A stretch of 30,654 nucleotides of DNA from Thermotogota bacterium (GCA_051748045.1 JBNJGY010000023.1:1-30654); one strand, 5' to 3'. Positions 1-9,484 are shown, counted from the stretch's first letter. Notes: generated from the sequence alone by a model not told the origin. Translations and numbers: made by a program.

Positions 1-97
1 CTTCCAACTTCCAACCATAAACCTTCAACAGAAATTATGTAATAATTTCTACCATATGACCTACTTTGAGTTTTTATATTTCGGAATTTGTTTTTAA
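1..97 (-). repeat. Dispersed intergenic repeat, copy 1 (cut by window edge); reverse complement of 20526..20621
   Basis: 1..88 is the exact reverse complement of 20534..20621; match continues to ~97 with one indel and weakly to ~109. Contains palindrome AGAAATTAT-gta-ATAATTTCT. Confidence 0.93.
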
Positions 98-157
98 TAA
101 TTTCATAATTTATTTTTTTGGTAATTCTGTTGATACATAAATTAAACACGATATAAA

Positions 158-189
158 TTGACTAATATGACTATAAAGAGTAATATAAT
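158..189 (+). promoter_or_regulatory. Putative sigma70 promoter of the sufC/sufB-like pair overlapped by an imperfect palindrome
   Basis: TTGACT(158-163)-17 nt-TAATAT(181-186), with TATAAT at 184-189; ATATGACT-n6-AGTAATAT at 165-186. Confidence 0.5.
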
Positions 190-237
190 AGTGTAGAATA
201 GGTGTGAAATAATTATCTTTTTATTTGGAGGAATCAT

Positions 238-975
238 ATGCTTGAATTAAAAGACATTGGTTTTATTACAGAAGATGGAAACACAATAATAGAATCGATC
301 AATTATAATTTTGAAAAAGGTAAATCTTATGCAATTTTAGGAAATAATGGTGTTGGAAAATCTACATTAGCAAAAATAGTAATGGGATTAGAAAACTATT
401 ATAAAAATCACAAAGGAAAAATATATTTTCTCGGAGAAGATATAACAGATAAACCTGTTGATGAAAGAGCCAGAATGGGTTTAACTTTAGCATGGCAAGA
501 ACCAGCAAGATTTATAAACATGTCGGTTACTGATTATATTACTCTTGGAGGTAAATTAAAATTAACTAAAGAAGAAATAAAACATTATTTATCAATGGTT
601 GGTTTAGGTGATAAGTATATAAGAAGAAATGTTGATAAGACCCTAAGTGGTGGAGAAAGAAAAAGAATTGAATTGGCATCTATCATGGCCTTAAAACCAA
701 AATTGGTTGTTTTTGATGAGCCTGACTCTGGAATAGATATGATGTCAAATCAAATGATTGCTGATATTTTTGATGAATTAAAAAATAATGGTTCAACAGT
801 TCTCACTATTACTCATAGAGAAGAAATAGCATTGCTTGCAGATAGAGCTTTATTATTATGTCATGGAACTATTCACAATGAAGGTCAACCAAGTTATATA
901 GGAAAAATATACAAACAATTATGTGATGTCTGCAATCATATAAATTCTCCTGAAAAAGATATGGAGGTAAAATAA
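238..975 (+). CDS. sufC: SufC-like ABC ATPase of a minimal Fe-S assembly system (SmsC type)
   Basis: Walker A GNNGVGKS, WQEP Q-loop, LSGGE, Walker B VVFDEPDSGID, C-terminal C-x20-C-x2-C; GGAGG RBS; stop overlaps start of next gene. Confidence 0.85.
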   Translation: MLELKDIGFITEDGNTIIESINYNFEKGKSYAILGNNGVGKSTLAKIVMGLENYYKNHKGKIYFLGEDITDKPVDERARMGLTLAWQEPARFINMSVTDYITLGGKLKLTKEEIKHYLSMVGLGDKYIRRNVDKTLSGGERKRIELASIMALKPKLVVFDEPDSGIDMMSNQMIADIFDELKNNGSTVLTITHREEIALLADRALLLCHGTIHNEGQPSYIGKIYKQLCDVCNHINSPEKDMEVK

Positions 976-1934
976 TGCCTATAGAAAAAAACTACTCAAA
1001 AGAATTTGAATACATACAAAACGCTTATGAAAAAGCTGGCGGAGACGTTAGTAAGTTATTGTCTAAAGATATAGTATCTATTATCATAAGTGGAAACCAA
1101 ATCTTAGGGAGAAATACTGTTGATGGCGTTAATGTCCAAGCTGAAACAAAAGATAATAAAGTAAAAATGGTTATGGAAATAGAAGATAATGTAAAACTTA
1201 AAAAACCTATACATTTATGTGTCGGGTATCTAAAAGATTTTGGAGAACAATTATTAGATTATGAATTCAAAATTGGAAATAATGTAAATGTCAATTTTGT
1301 TTCTCATTGTTCTTTTCCAGCTGCAAAAGATATTTTACATAAAATGACTTCTTATATGGAAATAGGTGATAACTCAAAAGTTAATTATGAAGACGTTCAT
1401 TTCCATAACGAAGATGGGTTAGTTAATTTAGATACTTTTTATAAAACAAAATTGGGAAAGCATTCTAAATTAGATAATAGATTTACTTTAACAAAAACTA
1501 GAGTTGGAAAGATGAAAATAAAAATGGATGTAGATCTTGATGATTATGCATCAACATATTTAGAAACAAAAGTTAGAGAGAAAAAAGATGACTATGTTGA
1601 AATTGAAGAGATAATGAATTTGAATGGAGAACATTCTTCAGGTGTTGCAAAAACCTTTGTTATAGCAACTGATGAATCAAAAGCTCTTGTGAAGACAGAA
1701 GCTTATGGAAACGGTGATTATTCAAAAGGTCATATTGAATGTGATGAAATAGTAGATGGACCTAAAGTTGATCTTTCAACTATCCCTATATTAAGAGTCA
1801 AAAATGAACTATCTGAACTTACTCATGAAGCTTCCGTTGGAAGAATAAACTCTGAACAACTGGAAACATTAATGGCAAAAGGACTTACTGACGAAGAAGC
1901 TACAGAAATGATAATTCAAAGTATATTAAAATAA
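975..1934 (+). CDS. sufB: SufB/SufD-family Fe-S scaffold (SmsB type)
   Basis: PIHLC, GHIEC, LTHEASVGRI and LMAKGLTDEEA motifs typical of the SufBD family; short 319-aa form. Confidence 0.85.
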   Translation: MPIEKNYSKEFEYIQNAYEKAGGDVSKLLSKDIVSIIISGNQILGRNTVDGVNVQAETKDNKVKMVMEIEDNVKLKKPIHLCVGYLKDFGEQLLDYEFKIGNNVNVNFVSHCSFPAAKDILHKMTSYMEIGDNSKVNYEDVHFHNEDGLVNLDTFYKTKLGKHSKLDNRFTLTKTRVGKMKIKMDVDLDDYASTYLETKVREKKDDYVEIEEIMNLNGEHSSGVAKTFVIATDESKALVKTEAYGNGDYSKGHIECDEIVDGPKVDLSTIPILRVKNELSELTHEASVGRINSEQLETLMAKGLTDEEATEMIIQSILK

Positions 1935-1970
1935 AAAACAAATTCTCCTGAAAAGGAGAATTTGTTTTTT
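1933..1970. terminator. Bidirectional intrinsic terminator
   Basis: AAAAAACAAATTCTCCT-gaaa-AGGAGAATTTGTTTTTT between convergent genes. Confidence 0.9.
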
Positions 1971-3409
1971 TATTCTATTAAAGTTAATGCATAATTAAAA
2001 GCTGTCTCAACATAAAAGTCTTCACCAACAATCTGTGTGTTGACAAAGGGCACTATTACATCTGGTTCAAATTGACTACCTTCAATTAAATTTTGTTCAA
2101 CATCATAATATTGTAAATAAGGTATTAAAAAACTATATTTCCAGGGTGTTTCTATAAATAGAGACTCTGAAGAATGTAGTGTATATTCTTCTCCTATAAA
2201 ATGCGTATATTCCAATGAATCAAAAAAAGAAATTAATAAATTTTTATGATTATTATGTGTTTCATCTACTATAAAAACTATTTCATTTTTGTATTCATTT
2301 TTAGAGTTACCAGTTTGCAAAGTTGTAAAATCTTTATCTTCTTTAATATACTTATTAGATATCACTGACAAATGATGATTTACACTTTGTTTTGAATACC
2401 CAAAAATCTCATTTTTTTCGAAGAAACTTAAAAAATATTTTATATTAGAAAAATTCTCTCCAGATATATTTCTTAAATCTATTATCAAAATATCAGTCAA
2501 AGATATTTTCTCCATTTCTTTCATTAAAGTTTCTTGAAAACTTACAAAATCAAAAGAATCTAATTTTAAATAGCCTATATTATCCCCTATGATTTTTGAT
2601 TCCATACCTTTTATATCTGATCTGTTTTCAGTTACAAAATTTCCCATATTATAATACTCTTCATAGTCTTCGTAAGTAACAACCATTGAGTAGTCGTTCT
2701 GCCCATCAGAAAAAACTAGCTCTGAAGAATCTTCGCCTTTTCTATAATAATTATAGTATGTAGTGAAAAATATATTTTCAAAAGCTTGTGAATTCAAATT
2801 ATTATAAAATGTAATATCTTTGACTTTTGAGAAAATATCTTTTGCTGGTTCACCATCGATAGTTTTTAAAACGAGCCCTTCTTTTATATCAAATGATATA
2901 AAATTTTCAAGGAAATAACTTATATTAAAAGATTTTATTATAAGTTGTCCGTCTTTATAAGAAAAGTTCATAGGAACTGTTTTTATGTCTTTCATAATTC
3001 CAGAAACTCTTATATTTGGATCTTTCAAAACTGATTGAAGTTCAAAAATGAGATAATTAAAATCTTGATTGTTATTTGTTTGGGACACTTTGTTTTTATA
3101 AAATGCTTTCATTTCTTCAAAAGAGAAATTTTGTAATTTTTCTTTTTCATTTAAAAAAACATACGATTCTTCAAGAGAATCAACAAAAAAATTAAAAAAA
3201 GACAACCTGTCATTTTTGTAATCTTTTTCATACTTTTCAACTATTTCTGAATATTCTTTTTCCATATGTTTTTGTATAGCTAAATCTGAATCTCCTATGT
3301 AAAAAATTTCCTTTCCAAAATGTTCGGTAATGCCTATCAAATCAAAAGCAAAACCCATAAATAAAATAATTAAAACTATAACAATAGAAAAAACTAAAAC
3401 TTTTTTCAT
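1970..3409 (-). CDS. S41 peptidase-like exported protein, catalytic motifs degenerate
   Basis: N-terminal hydrophobic anchor; PDZ-like LKTIDG; NIGYLKLDSF, LIIDLRN and EPDVIV S41 landmarks, but no ASASE serine motif. Confidence 0.65.
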   Translation of the reverse strand: MKKVLVFSIVIVLIILFMGFAFDLIGITEHFGKEIFYIGDSDLAIQKHMEKEYSEIVEKYEKDYKNDRLSFFNFFVDSLEESYVFLNEKEKLQNFSFEEMKAFYKNKVSQTNNNQDFNYLIFELQSVLKDPNIRVSGIMKDIKTVPMNFSYKDGQLIIKSFNISYFLENFISFDIKEGLVLKTIDGEPAKDIFSKVKDITFYNNLNSQAFENIFFTTYYNYYRKGEDSSELVFSDGQNDYSMVVTYEDYEEYYNMGNFVTENRSDIKGMESKIIGDNIGYLKLDSFDFVSFQETLMKEMEKISLTDILIIDLRNISGENFSNIKYFLSFFEKNEIFGYSKQSVNHHLSVISNKYIKEDKDFTTLQTGNSKNEYKNEIVFIVDETHNNHKNLLISFFDSLEYTHFIGEEYTLHSSESLFIETPWKYSFLIPYLQYYDVEQNLIEGSQFEPDVIVPFVNTQIVGEDFYVETAFNYALTLIE

Positions 3410-3430
3410 ATAAATGAATCCTCCTGATAT

Positions 3431-4216
3431 TTAATCAGTATATACATTTTTTCTGTATATATTCAACCTCTTAAATGATAATATTATCAAATAAGCTATA
3501 ACAAGTCCACCACCAAATTGAATTATATTCCAAGGTATTCCAAAAATAGGTAAAATAAAATTACCATATATCAATATTTCAGTGAAAAAATATGCAATAA
3601 TCATCCATAATCCAGATAAAGTCATTCCTATTAGTGTTGAAAAAGAAAATAAATCTTTGTCTTTATTTTTCATAACTAAACTTAAAACTAATATGATCAA
3701 AGGAATTATAATGGATGCAGTTATAATTGTTGTTTTCACATTTGAAATAGTAGAAATCAGCGCTTCTTGTGATTCTAAATCCATTTGTTGCATGAGCTCT
3801 GCTGATTTTTCTTGGTTTTGTACATTCACTAATAAGTTAGTTAAAGTGTTGCTTACCCATGTACCAAAAGCTACCCAAATTGCAATTCCAGATAGACTGA
3901 TATAGAATTTTTTTGATTTTTTTCTTTTTTCTGTTTTGTGTCCAAAAAAGCCAACTAAATACCCCATTAAAAATTTAATGATTAACGTTGGTAGAGCCCA
4001 AATAGCATAACCACCAAAAAGATCAGCCATTGCAGAACCTATACCTCCTGCAAGTCCTCCTATTAAAGGGCCAAATAAGATTGAAGCTAAAAAAATCATA
4101 GCATCTCCTGCATGTATATATCCTTGTGTAAAAGGTATTGGAATTTTAATAACAAAAGTAGCAACAAATACTAAAGCTATCATCATTCCAGCATATATTA
4201 TACTTTTAACCTTCAA
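3431..4216 (-). CDS. ECF transporter S component with an internal insertion
   Basis: ALVFVAT...IPIP...GYIHAGDA...GIGSAMADL signature; TTG start with AGGAG RBS. Confidence 0.85.
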   Translation of the reverse strand: MKVKSIIYAGMMIALVFVATFVIKIPIPFTQGYIHAGDAMIFLASILFGPLIGGLAGGIGSAMADLFGGYAIWALPTLIIKFLMGYLVGFFGHKTEKRKKSKKFYISLSGIAIWVAFGTWVSNTLTNLLVNVQNQEKSAELMQQMDLESQEALISTISNVKTTIITASIIIPLIILVLSLVMKNKDKDLFSFSTLIGMTLSGLWMIIAYFFTEILIYGNFILPIFGIPWNIIQFGGGLVIAYLIILSFKRLNIYRKNVYTD

Positions 4217-4222
4217 AACCTA

Positions 4223-5869
4223 TCACTCCTTAGTTATTATTTTCCCTTTCCCAGTGTTTTTTGAAACATAAGCTTTTTTATCTGCACTTTCTAAAAGTTT
4301 TCTATAATTTTTTGATTCATTGGAACATGTTACTCCAGCGCTAAAAGATAATAATTTATGGATTTCTTTTATATACTTATAAAATCTATTTATTATTCTT
4401 AAAGCGTTTTCTTCGTCAGTTTTTCTGAAAATAATAACAAATTCATCTCCCCCATACCTGTAAGCTATATCATCATCTCTAATATGTTCTTGAAAAATAT
4501 CAGCTACTTTTTGGAGAATTTTATCACCTGCAAAATGACCAAGTGAATCATTGATTTGTTTGAAATTATCTAAATCAAAGAAAGCTACACATATTTGTTC
4601 TTCTTGTCTTTGGAAGGCTTCTAAATCAACAAAAAGTTTTGAATGATTATACAATCCTGTTAACCCATCTCTCTCAGCAATACTTTTTATTTCATAAAAT
4701 TTTTGTGAATGCTCTAAAGTGAGTGACACCATCTGTGCAAAAACTGATAAAATATTAAGTTCTTCTTTTGAAGGCCTTAAATTATTTTCAGGTTCATCTA
4801 CAGATATATATCCAATTAAATTATTTTTTCCATCTCTTAAAACAACTAACAACAAATCATTTGGATCCCATATATTAATATCTTCTTCAAAAGAATTGAT
4901 ATCTATATTATCTCTCAACTGATAGAGGAATTCCTTTTCTATTCTATCAGCTCGTGGAATAAAATAAGTTTCTCTATATCTGTATTTTTCATCAATAAAT
5001 TTTGTTATTGATGATATGGGTACATTTTGTTTTTTTATTCTTTCGAACACATCATTTTCTATACCTTTTTGTCCGACTCTTTTAATTGTTGAATTGTTAA
5101 AATCAAACAAACTTATTAAAACATGGGAATATCCTAATTTTTTATGAATAATATCAGCAATTTCATCTAATATTTTTGTATTGGAACTTTTTAGAGAAAA
5201 ATCTTTTATAACATTACTTAAGTCTAAAGTTATCTCATTGAATTTTTTTAATCTTTTATTTTGTATTATTTCTTGATTTTTTTCATTTCTGGATTTGATA
5301 ATCGAATAATATAATACTAAAAACATGAAATTAACTAATATAAACAAATATCTAAAAGGACTGTCACTGAACTCTATATATAAATATGTATAAGGTATTA
5401 AAGTTAAAAAGTGTAAATATTCAAAAATGAACAATTTAAGGCTGAATTTATTAATGCCATCAACTATTATTGAATTAATTATTTTTGAAATAGTTATGAA
5501 TAGAAATAAAGATAAAAGTGGTGAAAATCCATAAGAAACTAAAGCTGCCAAAGAATACGTTGATGAATAGACTAGAACTCTGTATATTTTTCTTTTAATT
5601 TCTTTATTTTTATTTCTACTAAAAATAAGAACTAACGAAGATATAAGGATATATTCAGGGCCTAATACAAAAGCGAAAATAAAACCAACAGTATTACTTA
5701 CTAACCTGTTGTTTTTTAGCCAATATATTTTTAAATTATCAGATGCATAGGTAAGTAAAATAACAAAAAAAGCATCCAAAAAATTAACATCGGATATATC
5801 AATTTTTAATAAGTAGAAGGTAAATATCGATACCAAAAATAATATAAGATTTTTGAGCTTTAAATTCAT
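4223..5869 (-). CDS. Membrane-anchored GAF-GGDEF diguanylate cyclase
   Basis: Multi-TM N-terminus, GAF-like middle, DGLTGLYN, DLDNFKQINDSLGH, intact RYGGDEF with an RxxD I-site upstream. Confidence 0.93.
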   Translation of the reverse strand: MNLKLKNLILFLVSIFTFYLLKIDISDVNFLDAFFVILLTYASDNLKIYWLKNNRLVSNTVGFIFAFVLGPEYILISSLVLIFSRNKNKEIKRKIYRVLVYSSTYSLAALVSYGFSPLLSLFLFITISKIINSIIVDGINKFSLKLFIFEYLHFLTLIPYTYLYIEFSDSPFRYLFILVNFMFLVLYYSIIKSRNEKNQEIIQNKRLKKFNEITLDLSNVIKDFSLKSSNTKILDEIADIIHKKLGYSHVLISLFDFNNSTIKRVGQKGIENDVFERIKKQNVPISSITKFIDEKYRYRETYFIPRADRIEKEFLYQLRDNIDINSFEEDINIWDPNDLLLVVLRDGKNNLIGYISVDEPENNLRPSKEELNILSVFAQMVSLTLEHSQKFYEIKSIAERDGLTGLYNHSKLFVDLEAFQRQEEQICVAFFDLDNFKQINDSLGHFAGDKILQKVADIFQEHIRDDDIAYRYGGDEFVIIFRKTDEENALRIINRFYKYIKEIHKLLSFSAGVTCSNESKNYRKLLESADKKAYVSKNTGKGKIITKE

Positions 5870-6001
5870 TTTAATCCCCCGTTATCTTTTCTTCTATAAA
5901 TTATAACATAAAATACATTTGTTAACTATATTAATATATGAAAAATTCATTTTGAAAAGAAATAAAATCATAATATAATAGATATGTCAGGAGTGTGATT
6001 T

Positions 6002-6667
6002 ATGAAAAAATTATCAATGATATTTATCTCTTTAATTATCTTCTCAAATTTTTTTGCTCAAGAATTCTATAAAAATGGAATTAACGAAATTACTTATAAA
6101 GAAAAATATAATAATTACACAAATACATCAAAGCTAAAAATTATTAGCCATAGCCCTTTGAAAGTCTCTTGGAAAAGTAAAAATGACTCTACCATAGTAG
6201 AATTAGATGAGAATTTAAATACTAAAAAAATGACTTATATATCAAAAAACATAAATTTAGAATTAGTAAAAAAAGAAAGAATTATATATCTAGAAGGTAC
6301 TTATGAAGGGGAAAAAATAAAAAAACAACTTATAATAGATGGGGATCATTGGTATCAGCTTTTTGTTTTTTCTTTTACTGATTTTGTTTTTTCAGATGAT
6401 AAAAGTAGAAACTATTGGGTTTTTAACCCTTTTGACATTTCTATGAACGAAATGAAAGTAAAAAAAATTGAAAAAGATTTTATAACAATTAATGGAAAAA
6501 AGATTGAATCATACTATTTAAACACAAGACTTACAGGACTGATGTCTATTTTTTGGAAAGGTGAATACTGGTATAATTCTAAAAATGGAATGTATTTAAA
6601 ATATGATGGACTTAATATATATCCAGAAATTCAAAACGTAGTAATTACAGCAGAAAACTGGAGGTGA
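6002..6667 (+). CDS. Hypothetical exported protein
   Basis: Signal peptide MKKLSMIFISLIIFSNFFA; AGGAG RBS; beta-strand-rich pattern; family not recognised. Confidence 0.75.
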   Translation: MKKLSMIFISLIIFSNFFAQEFYKNGINEITYKEKYNNYTNTSKLKIISHSPLKVSWKSKNDSTIVELDENLNTKKMTYISKNINLELVKKERIIYLEGTYEGEKIKKQLIIDGDHWYQLFVFSFTDFVFSDDKSRNYWVFNPFDISMNEMKVKKIEKDFITINGKKIESYYLNTRLTGLMSIFWKGEYWYNSKNGMYLKYDGLNIYPEIQNVVITAENWR

Positions 6668-6671
6668 TTTT

Positions 6672-7049
6672 ATGTTCGATGGTTATATTTCTTTTTTCGG
6701 AACAAAAGATCTAAAAGCGAATGAAAATTTCTATAAAAATCTTTTGGGACTTAAATTATACAAAGACCAAAAAGTTTGTAAAATTTATGAAATAACTGAT
6801 GGTTCTTATATTGGATTTTGTGAACACATGGAAATAACACATTCCGAAAAAGGTCCCATGCTAACTTTTTTGACTGACAAAGTCGATGAATATTATAAGA
6901 ATCTTAAAAAGTCAAATATCGATATAATACAAGAACCAAAGTTAAATGAAAAATTTCAGATATATCATTTTTTCTTAAAAGATCCTGATGGGTACACTGT
7001 AGAAATCCAGAAATTCATTGAGCCCGAAGTGAAAAATATTTTTATTTAA
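6672..7049 (+). CDS. VOC/glyoxalase family protein
   Basis: DLKANENFYKNLLGL and FFLKDPDGYTVEIQ motifs; GGAGGTG RBS. Confidence 0.9.
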   Translation: MFDGYISFFGTKDLKANENFYKNLLGLKLYKDQKVCKIYEITDGSYIGFCEHMEITHSEKGPMLTFLTDKVDEYYKNLKKSNIDIIQEPKLNEKFQIYHFFLKDPDGYTVEIQKFIEPEVKNIFI

Positions 7050-7059
7050 AACATCTATT

Positions 7060-7097
7060 AAAACACCAAAAATCTAAAGATTTTTGGTGTTTTTTTA
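7060..7097 (+). terminator. Intrinsic terminator
   Basis: AAAACACCAAAAATCT / AGATTTTTGGTGTTTT hairpin followed by a T run. Confidence 0.88.
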
Positions 7098-7211
7098 TTT
7101 ATGAATCATCTCTCATTTTAATAAAAACATGTGTTCATTAAAACTCTTTAATAAAAGTTAATCTTTAATTATTATAAAAGTTTCATAATATAAATGAAAG
7201 AGGTGAATATT

Positions 7212-7943
7212 TTGAACTTAAAAGTTATAGGTTTTTGGGGAGCATATCCAGAATCAAATTCAGCAACTTCTTGTTATGTTGTCTCTGATGAAAATAATAA
7301 ATTAGTTTTGGATCTTGGATCAGGCGCGTTATCAAAATTGATGAAATATGAAGACATTAATAAGATAGATGATTTTGTTATAACACATTTTCATTATGAT
7401 CACTTTGTAGATATTTACCCTTTACAATTTAATGCAATGATTCAACAAAATATTGGAAAAAGGATAGAACCTATTAATATTTACACACCCATTGATAATC
7501 AATACTCAGACACTATGAATTATAAAAACTCAACAAGAAATGTTATGTATAATGAAGGCCCAATTTTTGATATTAACGGATTTATGGTTACTTTTATAAA
7601 GACTAATCATGTTATAGAATCCTATGCAATAAAAATAAAGAAAAATGGAAAAACATTGGTCTATACAGGAGATACTGCTTGGTCAGATAAATTAGTTGAA
7701 TTTTCTAAAAATGCTGATTTACTTGTATCTGAGGCAAGCCTATTTGATGGCATGAAAGGGAAAGTAGATGGGCATATGACAGCTGGAGAAGCAGGAAAAT
7801 TAGCTAATTTAGCAAATGTAAAGAAATTACTTTTGACTCATTTCCCACATTTTGGTGTATTTGAATTATTGAAAAAACAAGCTTCAAATAATTATGGGGG
7901 AGAAATAGTATTAGCAAAAGAAAATTTAAACATAAAACTCTGA
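7212..7943 (+). CDS. MBL-fold metallohydrolase, YhfI/RNase Z-like (probable phosphodiesterase)
   Basis: DLGSG, THFHYDH, YTGDT, GHMT, LLTH motifs; TTG at 7212 follows AGAGGTG RBS (ORF track starts at 7194). Confidence 0.88.
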   Translation: MNLKVIGFWGAYPESNSATSCYVVSDENNKLVLDLGSGALSKLMKYEDINKIDDFVITHFHYDHFVDIYPLQFNAMIQQNIGKRIEPINIYTPIDNQYSDTMNYKNSTRNVMYNEGPIFDINGFMVTFIKTNHVIESYAIKIKKNGKTLVYTGDTAWSDKLVEFSKNADLLVSEASLFDGMKGKVDGHMTAGEAGKLANLANVKKLLLTHFPHFGVFELLKKQASNNYGGEIVLAKENLNIKL

Positions 7944-7957
7944 TTAGGAGGGTTAAA

Positions 7958-9472
7958 ATGAAAAAATTTAAGATTCTTATGATTGTTAGTTTATTCATGG
8001 TTCTAAACGTATCTTTATTTTCAGCAAATAACCAAACTGAAGGGGAAGCTGTTTATGGCGGAGAAGTTGTAGTTGCAATTCCTCAAGATCCTGATTATTT
8101 AGATCCTCACAGGGCAGCTGCTTCGGGAACATATGAAATGATGTTTAATATATTTGAAGGTTTACTTAAACCGAATTCAAATGGAGGTGCCAGACCAGCT
8201 GTAGCAAAAAACTATGATGTATCAGAAGATGGTTTGACATATACATTTGAATTAAGAGATAATGTTTATTTTCATAATGGTGAAAAAGTAACACCAGAAG
8301 ATGTTAAATATTCTTATGAGAGATTAATGGGTGTAAATGGTGAAGCTTTATCGACAGATTTTGAAAATAATGTTGAATATGTGAAAATAAAAGAAAACAA
8401 CAATATAGAGATAAAGATAAAACAAATTGATACTTCTTTTTTATATAATTTTACAGAATCAATTTTACCTAAATCAAACGATGGAAATCATAATAAAAAT
8501 CCAATAGGTACAGGACCTTTTAAATTTGTAGAATATTTGCCGGGGCAAAGAGTAGTTATGGAAAAATTTGAACAATACTGGGAAGAAAAACTTCCTTATT
8601 TAGACAAAGTAGAATTTAGAATTATAACTGACCCTCAAGCAACTTTAATAGCTTTTCAAGCTGGAGAAATTGACATGGTACCTAGATTAGGAACACAATA
8701 TATTGATTTGATAGGTAAAAATGGGTATATAATCTCTGGTGAGCAAAACCTTGTTCAATTGATTGCTTTGAATATGAATAGAAAACCATTTGATGATATA
8801 AGAGTTAGAAAAGCTATAAATTATTCTATAGACAAAGATTTGTTAATTGATGCTGTAGCTAATGGCTATGGAACTAAACTCGGGTCTAACATGTCACCGG
8901 TTATGGGAAAATACTTTAAAGAAGGATTGGAAGATAAATATTCAAATAACACTAAAAAAGCAAAAGAATTATTATCTCAAGCTGGATTCCCAAATGGTTT
9001 TGAAACTACCATAACAGTACCATCAAATTACAAATTTCATGTTGATACAGCACAGGTTATTGTAGAAATGTTAAAACAATCTGGTATAAGAGCTCAAATC
9101 GAACAAGTAGAATGGGGTGTTTGGTTAGACAGAGTATACGCTGGTAGAGATTACGACTCAACAATTATTGGGTTTACAGGAAAACTTAGCTCATACGATA
9201 TTTTAAAAAGATATTTAAGTTATTATTCAAGAAACTTTTTCAACTATAACAATCCAGAATATGACAAAGTGATAGAAAAAGCAACAAAAGAAACCGATTT
9301 AGATAAAAGGATTGAATATTATAAAAAAGCACAGGTAATTCTTTCTGAAGATTTACCAGCAATATATTTAATGGACCCTAATTTCATAGTAGCTTTACAA
9401 AACAATTTAGCTGGATACACTTTATACCCTCTATACATTCAAGATATGGCGGTAATTCATTACGTAAAATAA
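7958..9472 (+). CDS. oppA: Opp/Dpp-family ABC substrate-binding protein (SBP family 5)
   Basis: Signal peptide; LDPH, SEDGLTYTFELR..FHNG, PIGTGPF, VRKAI motifs. Confidence 0.92.
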   Translation: MKKFKILMIVSLFMVLNVSLFSANNQTEGEAVYGGEVVVAIPQDPDYLDPHRAAASGTYEMMFNIFEGLLKPNSNGGARPAVAKNYDVSEDGLTYTFELRDNVYFHNGEKVTPEDVKYSYERLMGVNGEALSTDFENNVEYVKIKENNNIEIKIKQIDTSFLYNFTESILPKSNDGNHNKNPIGTGPFKFVEYLPGQRVVMEKFEQYWEEKLPYLDKVEFRIITDPQATLIAFQAGEIDMVPRLGTQYIDLIGKNGYIISGEQNLVQLIALNMNRKPFDDIRVRKAINYSIDKDLLIDAVANGYGTKLGSNMSPVMGKYFKEGLEDKYSNNTKKAKELLSQAGFPNGFETTITVPSNYKFHVDTAQVIVEMLKQSGIRAQIEQVEWGVWLDRVYAGRDYDSTIIGFTGKLSSYDILKRYLSYYSRNFFNYNNPEYDKVIEKATKETDLDKRIEYYKKAQVILSEDLPAIYLMDPNFIVALQNNLAGYTLYPLYIQDMAVIHYVK

Positions 9473-9484
9473 GGGTGATATCAC

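Noticed and set aside
7100..7190. Pho-box-like TTAAT repeats upstream of the MBL-opp operon
   Set aside because: Spacing is not a consistent 11 bp and the region is extremely AT-rich.
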